Shown here in pieces: positions 51,362-63,063 of a stretch of DNA of 64,000 nt (positions are counted from its first letter, which is position 1; every line of letters begins with the position of its first letter). The position numbers and the translations under genes were made by a program. The notes below the pieces were generated by a model, which ran no database searches, was not told the origin of the DNA, and saw only the letters and a program-made list of their open reading frames with translations. The stretch is from Polyangiales bacterium (GTDB lineage Bacteria > Myxococcota_A > Polyangia > Polyangiales > JADJQN01): contig CAXNJO010000002.1 in the NCBI GenBank assembly GCA_964202905.1, positions 256,001-320,000 on the forward strand. The letters run 5' to 3'.

Positions 51362-52435
51362 ATGAGCGCCGCCGAGCATCGCCAAGCCTCCGATCCGAGC
51401 GTCCGCGTCGCGGTGCTCACCGTGAGCGACACGCGCACCCTCGACGACGACGCGAGCGGGCGCGCGCTCGCCGAGGGCCTCGTCGCGGGGGGCCACGCGC
51501 TGGTCGCGCGGCGCCTCGTGCGCGACGAACCCGCCGAGGTGCGACGCGAGGTCGAGGCGCTGCTCGCCGAGGGCGCGCGCGTCGTGATCACGACGGGCGG
51601 CACCGGGATCGCGGCGCGCGACACGACGTACGAGGCGCTCGAAGGGTTGATCGAGAAGCGCCTCGACGGCTTCGGCGAGTTGTTCCGCGCCCTCTCCTAC
51701 GCGCAGATCGGGCCCGCTGCGATGATGTCGCGCGCGGTCGCCGGCACGTGCCGCGGCGGCCTCGTCGTCGCCCTCCCCGGCAGCCTCGACGCGGTCACGC
51801 TCGCGCTCTCGAAGCTGCTTCTGCCCGAGCTGCCCCACCTCGCGAAGCTCGCCGCGCGCGCGGGCACCGCGCCGCCGTCCCGAGCGAAGGACGCGCACGA
51901 CGTCCCTGCGCAAGCGCCACTTTTGCCTGCGCATGCGGCCGCGGACGACGCCGTCGTCGTGCGCGACGCGGGCCCCGACGACCTCGACGCAGCGGCGCGG
52001 CTCGCGGTGAAGCTCGTGCGCTTCCACCAGGCGCTCGATCCGGCGCGCTACCTCGACGCGGAGGATCTCGAGGCGGGCTATCGCGGTTGGTTCGCGAAGG
52101 AGCTCACGCGCCCCGAGCGCGTCGTGCTGCTCGTCGCCGAGAAGGCCGGCGCGATCGTCGGCTACGCGTACGGGCGGCTCGAGGGCGCCGACTGGAACCT
52201 GCTGCTCGCCGAACACGGCGCGCTGCACGATGTGTGGGTCGAACCGGAGGCCCGCCGCGCAGGCGTCGCCCGCCGCCTCGTCACCGACACCTGCGCGCGC
52301 CTCACGCGGCTCGGCGCCCCGCGCGTCCTGCTGCACAGCGCGTGGCAGAACATCGAGGCGCACGCCCTCTTCGAGCGGCTCGGCTTCCGCCGCACGATGG
52401 TCGAGATGACGCGCGAGGCCGACGGCACCCCCTGA
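51362..52435 (+). CDS. MoaB/MogA molybdopterin adenylyltransferase fused to GNAT acetyltransferase
   Basis: VLTVSD, TTGGTG..RDTT, LPGS; then VWVEPEARRAGVA and NIEAHALFERLGF in the same frame. Confidence 0.85.
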   Translation: MSAAEHRQASDPSVRVAVLTVSDTRTLDDDASGRALAEGLVAGGHALVARRLVRDEPAEVRREVEALLAEGARVVITTGGTGIAARDTTYEALEGLIEKRLDGFGELFRALSYAQIGPAAMMSRAVAGTCRGGLVVALPGSLDAVTLALSKLLLPELPHLAKLAARAGTAPPSRAKDAHDVPAQAPLLPAHAAADDAVVVRDAGPDDLDAAARLAVKLVRFHQALDPARYLDAEDLEAGYRGWFAKELTRPERVVLLVAEKAGAIVGYAYGRLEGADWNLLLAEHGALHDVWVEPEARRAGVARRLVTDTCARLTRLGAPRVLLHSAWQNIEAHALFERLGFRRTMVEMTREADGTP

Positions 52436-52565
52436 CGTACGCGTCCCACAGGACGACGACCCCTGACTCTCGAGTCAGTCCGCGTCGACAGTCATGACTC
52501 TCCCGTCAGGGTTCGCGAGCGACGCGCGGGGGGAACCGCCGCGACGCCGCCCGCCGACGCGCGGT

Positions 52566-53990
<1,425 letters not shown>

Positions 53991-54102
53991 CTAACGCCCC
54001 GACGCGCGCGGGCGGGGAGCGCCGGCCCGGGCGCGTCGGCGCCGCCGACCGCGATCCGGCCGCACCCCACGGCGGCCCCACCCCGAAAGCACACCGACCG
54101 TC

Positions 54103-55146
54103 ATGTACAGCGACGTCCGCGTCATCAACGAGCTCGTGCAGCGCGAGAGCGCCTTCGTCGATCCGATCCTGCGCGAGGTCGGCAAGGTCATCGTCGGTCA
54201 GGACGCGATGGTCGAGCGCATCCTGATCGGCCTGCTGACGGGCGGCCACGTGCTGCTCGAGGGCGTCCCGGGTCTCGCGAAGACGCTCACCGTCAAGACG
54301 CTCTGCGACTGCATCCACGCGAAGTTCCAGCGGATCCAGTTCACGCCGGACCTGCTCCCCGCCGACGTCGTCGGAACCGTCATCTACAACCAGCAGCGCG
54401 GCGAGTTCAGCGCCAAGCGCGGACCGATCTTCGCGAACCTCGTGCTCGCCGACGAGATCAACCGCGCCCCCGCGAAGGTGCAGAGCGCGCTGCTCGAGGC
54501 GATGCAGGAGCTGCAGGTCACGATCGGCGACACGACCTTCCCGCTCGAGCAGCCCTTCATGGTCATGGCCACGCAGAACCCGGTCGAGCAGGAGGGCACG
54601 TATCCGCTCCCCGAGGCGCAGGTCGACCGCTTCATGTTGCACATCAAGGTCGGCTACCCGACGCGCGAAGAAGAGCGACGCATCATGGAGCGCATGGCCG
54701 ACGCCGCGCTGCTCGCCCCGTTCCGGCAGCGCGCGCAGGGCGCCGCGGGCGCCGCGCCGAACCCGCTCGCCGTGCAACCCGTCGTCACGACCGAGCAGCT
54801 CCTCGAGTCGCGCAAGATCGTCGCGCAGGTCTACGTCGACGAGAAGATCAAGGACTACATCATCGACGTCGTGGTCGCGACGCGCGACCCGAAGAAGGCG
54901 GGCCTGCGCGACCTCGGCGACATGATCGCGCACGGCGCGTCGCCACGCGCCTCGATCGCCCTGAACCTCGCGGCGCGCGCGCACGCCTTCCTCAAGCACC
55001 GCGGTTACGTGACGCCGGAGGACGTGAAGGCCGTCGGCCCCGACGTGCTGCGGCACCGCATCCTGCGCACCTACGAGGCCGAGGCCGAGGAGGTGTCGAC
55101 CGAGCAGATCGTCAAGCGCATCTTCGAGGCCGTCGAGGTCCCGTGA
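54103..55146 (+). CDS. moxR: MoxR family AAA+ ATPase
   Basis: LEGVPGLAKT, RIQFTPDLLP, ADEINRAPAKVQSALLEAMQE, ATQNP, ASPR. Confidence 0.96.
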   Translation: MYSDVRVINELVQRESAFVDPILREVGKVIVGQDAMVERILIGLLTGGHVLLEGVPGLAKTLTVKTLCDCIHAKFQRIQFTPDLLPADVVGTVIYNQQRGEFSAKRGPIFANLVLADEINRAPAKVQSALLEAMQELQVTIGDTTFPLEQPFMVMATQNPVEQEGTYPLPEAQVDRFMLHIKVGYPTREEERRIMERMADAALLAPFRQRAQGAAGAAPNPLAVQPVVTTEQLLESRKIVAQVYVDEKIKDYIIDVVVATRDPKKAGLRDLGDMIAHGASPRASIALNLAARAHAFLKHRGYVTPEDVKAVGPDVLRHRILRTYEAEAEEVSTEQIVKRIFEAVEVP

Positions 55147-55174
55147 TGCCCCGCGGCGCACGCGGAGCGCTCCG

Positions 55175-56065
55175 ATGATCCCGCGCGAGATCCTCAAGAA
55201 ACTGAGGAAGATCGAGATCCACACCGCGCGGCTGGCGAACGACCAGCTCGCGGGCGGCTACCACTCCGTCTTCAAGGGGCGCGGCATGGCGTTCGCCGAG
55301 GTGCGCCAGTACCAGCCCGGCGACGACACGCGCTTCATCGACTGGAACGTGTCCGCGCGCATGAGCGACACGTACGTGAAGGTCTTCACCGAAGAGCGCG
55401 AGATGACGGTGATGCTCGTCGTCGACCTCTCGGCGAGCCAGCGCTTCGGCTCCGTGGCGCGCCCGAAGATCGAGACGGTCGCGGAGGTCGCCGCGCTGCT
55501 CGCGTTCAGCGCGATCAAGAACAACGATCGCGTCGGCTTGATCCTCTTCACCGATCGCGTCGAGGCCTTCGTCCCGCCGAAGAAGGGCAAGGGCCACGTG
55601 ATGCGCGTGGTCGCCGAGATCCTCAACGCGAAGCCCACGGGCACCGGCACCGATCTGCGCGTCGCGCTCGATCTGCTCGGCTCGGTCGCGCGGCGCCGCT
55701 CGGTGGCCTTTCTCGTCAGCGACTTCATCGTCGACGAGCGCTACGAGCGGAGCCTCCGCATCGCGGCCGCGCGGCACGACCTCATCCCGGTGCAAGTGAC
55801 CGACCCGCGCGAGGAGGAGCTGCCCGACGTCGGGCTCGCGCTGCTCGAGGACCTCGAGACCGGCACGCTCGTCGAGGTCGACACGGGCGATCCCGCGGTG
55901 CGGAGCGCCTACGCCACGCTCGTCGCGAAGGCGCGCGCGAGGCGCGAGCAGACGTTCCGGCGGCTGCGGCTCGATCACGTCACGGTGCGCACGAGCGAGG
56001 GCTACGTGCGGCCGCTCATCGATCTCTTCCGCGCGCGGCAGAGCCGCATGAAGAGGTACGGATGA
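55175..56065 (+). CDS. DUF58 (vWA-like) protein
   Basis: SVFKGRGMAFAEVRQYQPGDD..IDWNVSAR, VDLSAS, VSDF. Confidence 0.93.
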   Translation: MIPREILKKLRKIEIHTARLANDQLAGGYHSVFKGRGMAFAEVRQYQPGDDTRFIDWNVSARMSDTYVKVFTEEREMTVMLVVDLSASQRFGSVARPKIETVAEVAALLAFSAIKNNDRVGLILFTDRVEAFVPPKKGKGHVMRVVAEILNAKPTGTGTDLRVALDLLGSVARRRSVAFLVSDFIVDERYERSLRIAAARHDLIPVQVTDPREEELPDVGLALLEDLETGTLVEVDTGDPAVRSAYATLVAKARARREQTFRRLRLDHVTVRTSEGYVRPLIDLFRARQSRMKRYG

Positions 56066-57695
56066 CCCCGCGCGACGCGCGGCTCGTCGCGGCGCTCTGC
56101 GCGGGGCTGCTCGGCCTCGCCGCGAGCGGTGCGCGCGCGCAGGACGCCGGCCGCGGAGACGGCGCGTCGGGGGCGGTGCCGTTCGGCGACGTGGCGTTGC
56201 GCGACGACGCAGGCGCGCGCAGCGACGCGGGCCGCAGGCCGACGCGGGGCCGCGCGACGACACGGCCCCAGCGCCGGAGCGCGAGGAGCCGCTGCCCGAG
56301 GCGCACCGCCCGAACCTCGCGGTGACGCTCACGCCGCGCGAGGGCGTCGCGACGGGCGAGCTCCTGCACCTGACGCTGCGCGCCGACGCGCTGGTCGGCG
56401 ACGACGTCACGGTGCCGCGGCAATCTTTCGCGCCGCTCGAGGCGCACGCGCGCCGGACGCGAACCGAGCCCGCGCGCGGCGGCCGACAGACACACGTCTT
56501 CGAGCTCGACCTGCTCGCCCTCGAGCCGGGCACGCACACGCTCCCCGCCGTCACGCTGCGGGTGGTGACGGCCGACGGAATCGTGGGGAGCGTCCGCAGC
56601 GCGCCGATCCCGTTCCGCGTCCGCAGCGTGCTCGGCAACGAGCCGAACGCGCAGCCGAAGCCCGCGACACAGCCCGTCGTCGTCATGCAGGACGACTACA
56701 CGCTCGCGTGGGCGCTCGGCGCGCTCGCCGTCATCCTGCTGACCGCGCTGTTCACGTGGCTCGTCGCGCGCTGGTGGGCGCGCCGCGCGAAGGCCGCGCT
56801 GCCGCCGCCGCCGCCGCGTCCGGCGTGGGAGCGCGCGCTCGAACGCCTTGACGCAGTGCGTCGTGACGCCCGACAACTGCTCGCGGAGGGACGCGAGCGC
56901 GAGCTCGTCGATCGCATCGCCGACGCGCTCCGCGAGTACCTCGGCGGCCGCTTCGGCTTCGACGGACTCGAGAGCACGACGGACGAGATCCTCGCGCGGC
57001 TCCGCACCGCGGACGTACGCGGCGTCTCGCGCGAGGAGATCGCGTCGCTGCTCGGTGACGCCGACCTCGTGAAGTTCGCGAAGGCGGTGCCAGACGAAGC
57101 GCGCTGCGAGGCGATCCTCGCGGCCGCGTACCACGTCGTGCGCGCGACCTCGGGCGTGCATGGCGGCGGCGCGGTGTCCGTGCCCGCAGGCCCGGCCGGT
57201 GCAGCGCCAGCCAGCGCGGCCGGCGCGTGGCCCACGAGCGCCGACGCCGCGGGACGCGCGACGCCCGGCGCGGCGGACGCGCGGCCCGTGACCGCGCCCG
57301 GTGCGGCGCCCGAGGAACCCACGGCAGAAGCGACCGAGTTGCCCGACGGGAGCCTCGCGCTCGTGTTCCGCGCGCGGAGCGCCACGTCGCTCTCGGGCGC
57401 GCTCGAGCGCGGGGTGCGGGAGGCGATCGCGGCGCGGACGGCGGACCTCGGCTTCTCGGGCACGGTGCGCGTCGCGCTCGGCCCCGAGCTCCCCGACGAC
57501 GCGACCTCGCGCGAGGCGATCGTCGCCGCGCTGGCCCGGCTCGCCGGCGCGCTCCGCGAGACGCGCACCGCGCGTGGCATGCGCGTGGAGGTGCGCGTCG
57601 AGCACGCGCACGAGGCGCCGACCGAATCCGACGTCCCCGTGCGCCGATCGGTGTACGAGATGCCGACGCGACGCCGCGAGGGGGGCACGCCGTGA
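56062..57695 (+). CDS. Bat-operon membrane protein (Ig-like domain + TM + helical domain); frameshift near 56230
   Basis: Signal peptide in 56062 frame; rest in 56322 frame (LREYL..FGFDGLESTTDE..ADLVKFAK); one base missing at a G run. Confidence 0.72.
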
Positions 57696-58807
57696 CGCGC
57701 GTTCTCCGACTGCTCGCCCCGCTCCTCTGGACGCTCGGGGTCCTCGCGCCCGCGCTCTGGGGCGTCGCGTGGGCGGTCGAGGCGGTCTTCGGCGTGCCGC
57801 TCACCACCGGGCAGTTCCGCTTCGAGCGGCCCTGGGCCGGGCTGCTGCTCCCCGCCGCGCTGCTCGTGCTCGCCGCGCGCGGCTGGCTGCGCGAGTCGCG
57901 CGCGCCCCGCCTGCTCGTCTCACGCGGGCTCGAGCTCTCACACCTGCGGCCCGGCTGGCGCACCTGGCTCACCGGTCTGCCGACGGGGCTGCGCGTCGTC
58001 GCCGTCACGCTGCTCGCGGCCGCGCTGATGGGGCCGCAGTCGATCCACGCCCGCGATCGCACGGACGTACAGGGCATCGACATCGTGCTCACGCTCGACT
58101 GCTCGCTCTCGATGCAGGCGAACGACATCCAGCCGAACCGCTTCGACGCGACGAAGGTCGTCGTCGACGATTTCATCCGCCGCCGCGCGAACGACCGCGT
58201 CGGCGCCGTCATCTTCGGTCGCGAGGCGTACACCCTGCTGCCGCTCACCTCGGACCACGAGGCCTTGCGCGGCATGCTCGACGAGCTCCAACTCGGCATG
58301 ATCGAAGGGCGCGGCACCGCGATCGGCAACGCCATCGGCGTCTCGCTGAACCGGCTGCGCAAGAGCGACGCGAAGAGCAAGGTCATCATCCTGCTCACGG
58401 ACGGCGACTCGAACAGCGGCAACGTCTCCCCCGATCAGGCCGCCGAGTTCGCCAAGACGATGGGCGTGAAGGTCTACACGGTGCTCATGGGGCAGGCGGC
58501 CGACGCTCAGGTGCAGCAGGGCGTCGACTTCTTCGGCCGCCCGGTCTTCGACCGCGGCAGCTTCCCCATCAACCCCGCGTTGCTCGAGTCGATGGCGCAG
58601 CGCACGGGGGGCGAGGCTCTCCGCGCGACGGATCGGCAGGGGCTTGAGCGGAGCTTCCACGCGATCCTCGATCGCCTCGAACGCAGCGTGATCGAGGACA
58701 CCGGGCGCGTGTACGGCGAGCTGTTTCCAGCGTTCGTCGCCCCCGCGCTCCTGCTGCTCCTCGTCGAGTTACTCGTCGCGACGCTCGTGCTGCGGAGGTT
58801 CCCGTGA
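57692..58807 (+). CDS. batA: BatA vWA domain protein
   Basis: DCSLSM MIDAS, PLTSDH, GTAIG, ILLTDGDSNSG; C-terminal RRFP. Confidence 0.9.
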   Translation: MTRVLRLLAPLLWTLGVLAPALWGVAWAVEAVFGVPLTTGQFRFERPWAGLLLPAALLVLAARGWLRESRAPRLLVSRGLELSHLRPGWRTWLTGLPTGLRVVAVTLLAAALMGPQSIHARDRTDVQGIDIVLTLDCSLSMQANDIQPNRFDATKVVVDDFIRRRANDRVGAVIFGREAYTLLPLTSDHEALRGMLDELQLGMIEGRGTAIGNAIGVSLNRLRKSDAKSKVIILLTDGDSNSGNVSPDQAAEFAKTMGVKVYTVLMGQAADAQVQQGVDFFGRPVFDRGSFPINPALLESMAQRTGGEALRATDRQGLERSFHAILDRLERSVIEDTGRVYGELFPAFVAPALLLLLVELLVATLVLRRFP

Positions 58808-59901
58808 CCTGGGGTGCGCCCTCCGTGCTCTGGCTGCTGCTCGGGCTGCCCTTCGTGGCGGGGCTGCCGCTCTTCGCGGCCTTCCTGCGGAAGCGGGCCG
58901 CGGCGCGCTTCGGGACGGCCGAGAACCTCGCGGCGCTGCAGGTCGGGCGCCCGGCTGGGTTCCGCGCCGCACGCGCGGTGCTGCTCGTGCTCGGCTTCGT
59001 GCTGCTGGTGATGGCGCTCGCGCGGCCGCAATATGGCTCGCGCACGCGCATCCTGCGCAAGCGCGGGGTCGACGTGGTCGTCGCCCTCGACTTCTCGAAG
59101 AGCATGCTCGCACGCGACGTGCGCCCGAGCCGCATCGAGCGGGCCAAGGCCGAGCTGACGCGGCTGCTCGGCGACCTCGACGGCGATCGCGTGGGCATCG
59201 TGGCCTTCGCCGGCGAGACGATGGAGTTCCCCATGACCATCGACATGTCGGCCGCGACCCTGTTCTTCCGCGACCTCGGCCCGTACGACATGCCCGTCGG
59301 CGGCACGGCCATCGGCCGGGCCCTCGTCGCCGCGAAGAGCCTGCTCGACCGCAGCGCCCCGCGGCAGACGCCGATCGCCGCTGAGGCGCAACCCAACTCG
59401 GGCCGCTCGCGCGTCGTCATCCTCATGACGGACGGCGAGGACCACGAGGGCGATCCGCTCGAGGCCGCGCGCGCGCTCGCCGCGGACGGCGTCACGATCT
59501 TCGTGGTCGGCATCGGCTCGTCGACCGGCGAGCCCATCCCCACCTACGCCCCCGACGGCACGTGGACCGGCTACATGCGCGGCGAGGACGGCCAGCCCGT
59601 GCTCACCTCCCTCACCGCCGCGGCCGAGGAGCAGCTCCGCGAGATCGCCCGGCTCGGACGCGGGCGCTACTTCCGCGCGGAGCGGGGCGGCGTGGGCGTC
59701 GAGGAGATCCGGCGCGCGATGCGGCGGCTGCGTCAGGACGAGCAGCGCTCCCGGCGCATCACGGTGCACGAGGATCGCTACGCGCTCGTGCTCCTGCCCG
59801 CGTTCCTGCTCATCCTGCTCGAAGCGCTCCTGCCCGACGCCTGGCTCGGACGGACGCGCCGCCGCAAGCCGCAACCCCCGCCGCGCGAGGAGACCCCGTG
59901 A
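58804..59901 (+). CDS. batB: BatB vWA domain protein
   Basis: LARPQYG, DFSKSMLARDVRPSRI, FAG, GTAIG, TDGEDH. Confidence 0.9.
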   Translation: MTWGAPSVLWLLLGLPFVAGLPLFAAFLRKRAAARFGTAENLAALQVGRPAGFRAARAVLLVLGFVLLVMALARPQYGSRTRILRKRGVDVVVALDFSKSMLARDVRPSRIERAKAELTRLLGDLDGDRVGIVAFAGETMEFPMTIDMSAATLFFRDLGPYDMPVGGTAIGRALVAAKSLLDRSAPRQTPIAAEAQPNSGRSRVVILMTDGEDHEGDPLEAARALAADGVTIFVVGIGSSTGEPIPTYAPDGTWTGYMRGEDGQPVLTSLTAAAEEQLREIARLGRGRYFRAERGGVGVEEIRRAMRRLRQDEQRSRRITVHEDRYALVLLPAFLLILLEALLPDAWLGRTRRRKPQPPPREETP

Positions 59902-61087
59902 CGCCGCCCCCCCGCCCGCACAGCCGCCCGAGCACGCGCGTGCGCGCCCTCGCCGCGCTCTCGCTCGCCGCGGGCCTCGCCCTCGCGCAGGGCGCCCTCG
60001 CCGCCCGGGCGCATGCGTGGGAATGGTTCCGGGGCGAGAACGGGAACGTGCGCGAGGGCAACGAGCGCCTCCGCGCGAACGACGCCGCAGGGGCGCTCCG
60101 CGCCTACGAGCTCGCCGCGCGCGAGCTGCCTTCGGACCCGGGCGTGCACTTGAACCGCGGGCTCGCCCTGCTCGCCCTCGCCGAGCACGACAAGGCCCGC
60201 GAGGCCTTCCTGCTCGCGACCGAGCCGCCCGCCCCCGCGACCATCCGCGCCGCCGCCTACTACGACCTCGGCCTCGCGTTCTACCGTCAGGCCGACGCCG
60301 CCGCGACGGCCGCCGCGGGCGATGCCGTCGCGCAGGGTGGCGCCGTGCCCGGCGGCCCGGCGCCCCTGCCCGGCGCGCCCGCGCACGACGCCCAGCGGCG
60401 CCGCGGCGCCCGCGGGGGGCGGGGTGGTGCCTGCGCCGCAGCCCGATCACCGCGAAGCACAGCGCCTCTTCCGCGAGGCCGCCGACGGCTTCCGGCGCTC
60501 GCTCCGCATCCTGCCCGGCAGCCGCGACGCGGCGTGGAACCTCGAGCTCGCGCTGCGGCGGATCCGCGATGAGGAGGAGGCCCAGCGCCAGCAGGAGGCG
60601 CAGCGCCGCGCCGAGCAGGAGCAGCAGCAACAGGACCCGCAACAGCCGCAAGACCAGCCGCCGCAGGACGGGCAGCAGGGCGACTCCCAGCAGGACCAGC
60701 CGCCGCAGGACGGGCAGCAGGGCGACTCCCAGCAGGACCAGCCGCCGCAGGACGGGCAGCAGGGCGACTCCCCACAGCAGCAGGACGGGCAACCGCAGGA
60801 CCCGCAGCAGCCGGAGGGGCAGCCGCAGCCCCAGCCGGGCCAGGACGGGCAGCCGCAGCGCCAGCCGGGCGAGGCGCAGGCAGCCGCGCGCGCCGGAGCC
60901 CGGCGAGGGCCGCGAGCCGCAGGGAGGTGGCCAGGAAGGCGCGCCATCGGCGCCCCCTGGAGAGGGCCTGCCCGCGGAGGCCGCGCGCGTGCTCGACGCG
61001 CTGCGCGACGGCGAGGACAACCTCGAGCGCTACCGGGCCCGCGCCCGCGCGCTCCGCGAGAACCGCGCCCCGGCGCAGGACTGGTGA
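59898..61087 (+). CDS. batC: BatC-like TPR protein with Gln-rich linker; two frameshifts (~60390, ~60890)
   Basis: TPRs (YYDLG, AAWNLELAL), Q/D-rich linker and C-terminal ..VLDAL..QDW spread over three frames. Confidence 0.75.
60652..60772 (+). repeat. 42-nt coding tandem repeat x~3 (DQPPQDGQQGDSQQ)
   Basis: gaccagccgccgcaggacgggcagcagggcgactcccagcag repeated. Confidence 0.92.
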
Positions 61088-63063
61088 GCGTGAGCCGCCA
61101 GCGCCACGCCCCCATCCATGTGTATTCATTGGGCGTTCGTGCCTCGATCGGCGCCCTTTGGGCCGTGCTCGGCCTGCTCGGCTGGGGGCTTGTGCCGGGC
61201 GTCGCGCACGCGCAGTCGGCGACGGTCCGGCTGGCCTCGGATCGCGCGTCGCTCGCCGTCGGCGACACGCTCGTGCTCGAGATCCGCGTCGAGGCGACGG
61301 GCGCGCGCGTCGAGGCGATCGAGCCGCCCGACCTCTCGGGCTTCGACGTGATCTCGCGGCGCATCGCGACCCCGATGAGCTTCCAGTTCGGCTTCGGGGG
61401 GCAAACGCAGGTGGTGCAGTCCTCGACGATCCAGACGCTCGAGCTGCTCGCGCGTCGCCCCGGGCGGTACGCGCTCAAGCCCGCCCGCGCCGTCGTCGGG
61501 GGGCGGCGCTTCGAGAGCAACCGCCTCACGCTCGTCGTGGTGCCCGCCGGTCAGGCGCCACCCGCGGTGCCGCTGCAAGGGGGCTCGGTGCCCCCCGGCA
61601 GTGCCCCCGAGCCACTCCCGGCGGACGCGCCGCCCACGGACCCGCTCGCGCCGCCGACGGGCCGACTCGACGGCGCGCAGTTCGATCCCGAGGCGTTCCT
61701 GCGCACCGTCGTCGACAAGCGCGAGCCGTGGGTGGGGGAGCAGGTCACGGTGACCGTCTACCTCTACGTGCGGGGCGGGATCCGCAGCGCGCCCGCTGCG
61801 TCCCGCGAGCCCACGGCCGAGGGCTTCTGGGTCCACGATCTGCTGCCGCCGCAGCGCGCGCTCGAGGCGACGGAGCAGAGCGTCGATGGCACGACGTTCC
61901 GCGTCTACGTGCTGCGGCGCTTCGCGGCGTTCCCGCTGCGCGCGGGCGAGCTCTCGATCGGCGCGATGACGCTCGACGTGCCGACGGGCACCGTGTTCGA
62001 CCTCTTCGGCGCGACGCCGCAGCGCGCCCTCCGCCGCGAGGGCGTGGCCGTGTCCCTGCGCGCCCGCCCGCTCCCGGATGCGGGTCGACCGCCGGGCGAG
62101 GCGCACGTCGGGCGCTTCACCGTCGAGGCCTCGCTCGATCGGACGCAGGTGGCGACCGGCGACGCGGTCACGCTGACGGCGCGCGTGCGCGGCAGCGGCA
62201 ACCTCCGCGACGTGCGCCTGCCGACGCCGACCCTCGAGGGGCTCTCCTTCCTCGAGCCGCAGATCAAGGACGAGATCGAGGCGCCCGGCGATCTCGTCGG
62301 CGGCGTGCGCACGCTCGAATGGCTGGTCGTGCCGCGCAACCCCGGGGCCTTCACCCTGCCGGCGCTCGGGTTCGCGACCTTCGACCCCGCGACCGGCGCG
62401 TACGGACGCGCCGAGTCCACGCCGCTCACGCTCGTCGCCGCGGGCAATGCGCTCGCGGCGCCTGCGCCGGAGGAGCCGCCCCCCGCCGCGGACACGGAGC
62501 CCGCCGCCGAAGGCGACGACGCCGAGACGGCCGGCGCGTACGGCGCCCTCCGCACGGCGAGCGCGCTCCGGCGCCACGCGCGCACGCTGCCCGAGCAGCC
62601 GTGGTTCCCCTTCGCGCTCGGCGCGCCGCCCGCGCTCTGGCTCGCCCTGCTCCTCGCGTTCGCCGCGCGCAGACGGGTGCAGGCACGCGCCGACGCGGGC
62701 GCGCCGCAGCGGGCGATCCGTGGGGCACGCAAGCGCCTCGCGAAGGCCGATGCCCTCGCGAAGTCGGGCGACGCGCGCGGCTGCTACGGCGAGCTCTCGA
62801 GCGCGCTCAAGTCCGCCCTCGAGGCACGGCTCGGCGAGCCGATCGGGGGGCTCACCCTCACCGCCCTCCGCGCACGCCTCGGCGAGCGCGCGATGCCCGC
62901 AGAGCTCGCGGCGCGCCTCGTCGACGAGTTGGAGGGCGCCGAGTTCGCGCGCTTCAGCGCGAGCGGCGCGACGCCCGACGAGCTCGCCCGCGCGATCGAC
63001 CGCGCGCAGTCGCTGCTCGAGCGGATCGACCGTTTTTCACCAAGCGCGGAGGAGCGCCCATGA
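61084..63063 (+). CDS. batD: BatD family protein
   Basis: Signal peptide, tandem Ig-like domains (WVGEQV, AFPLRAGEL, VGRF..GSGNL, FDPATGAY), TM. Confidence 0.88.
   Translation: MSVSRQRHAPIHVYSLGVRASIGALWAVLGLLGWGLVPGVAHAQSATVRLASDRASLAVGDTLVLEIRVEATGARVEAIEPPDLSGFDVISRRIATPMSFQFGFGGQTQVVQSSTIQTLELLARRPGRYALKPARAVVGGRRFESNRLTLVVVPAGQAPPAVPLQGGSVPPGSAPEPLPADAPPTDPLAPPTGRLDGAQFDPEAFLRTVVDKREPWVGEQVTVTVYLYVRGGIRSAPAASREPTAEGFWVHDLLPPQRALEATEQSVDGTTFRVYVLRRFAAFPLRAGELSIGAMTLDVPTGTVFDLFGATPQRALRREGVAVSLRARPLPDAGRPPGEAHVGRFTVEASLDRTQVATGDAVTLTARVRGSGNLRDVRLPTPTLEGLSFLEPQIKDEIEAPGDLVGGVRTLEWLVVPRNPGAFTLPALGFATFDPATGAYGRAESTPLTLVAAGNALAAPAPEEPPPAADTEPAAEGDDAETAGAYGALRTASALRRHARTLPEQPWFPFALGAPPALWLALLLAFAARRRVQARADAGAPQRAIRGARKRLAKADALAKSGDARGCYGELSSALKSALEARLGEPIGGLTLTALRARLGERAMPAELAARLVDELEGAEFARFSASGATPDELARAIDRAQSLLERIDRFSPSAEERP

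Noticed and set aside
60322..63063. 913-aa BatC-BatD fusion in the ORF track
   Set aside because: Produced by frameshifts; BatC's QDW end is in another frame and BatD has its own signal peptide.
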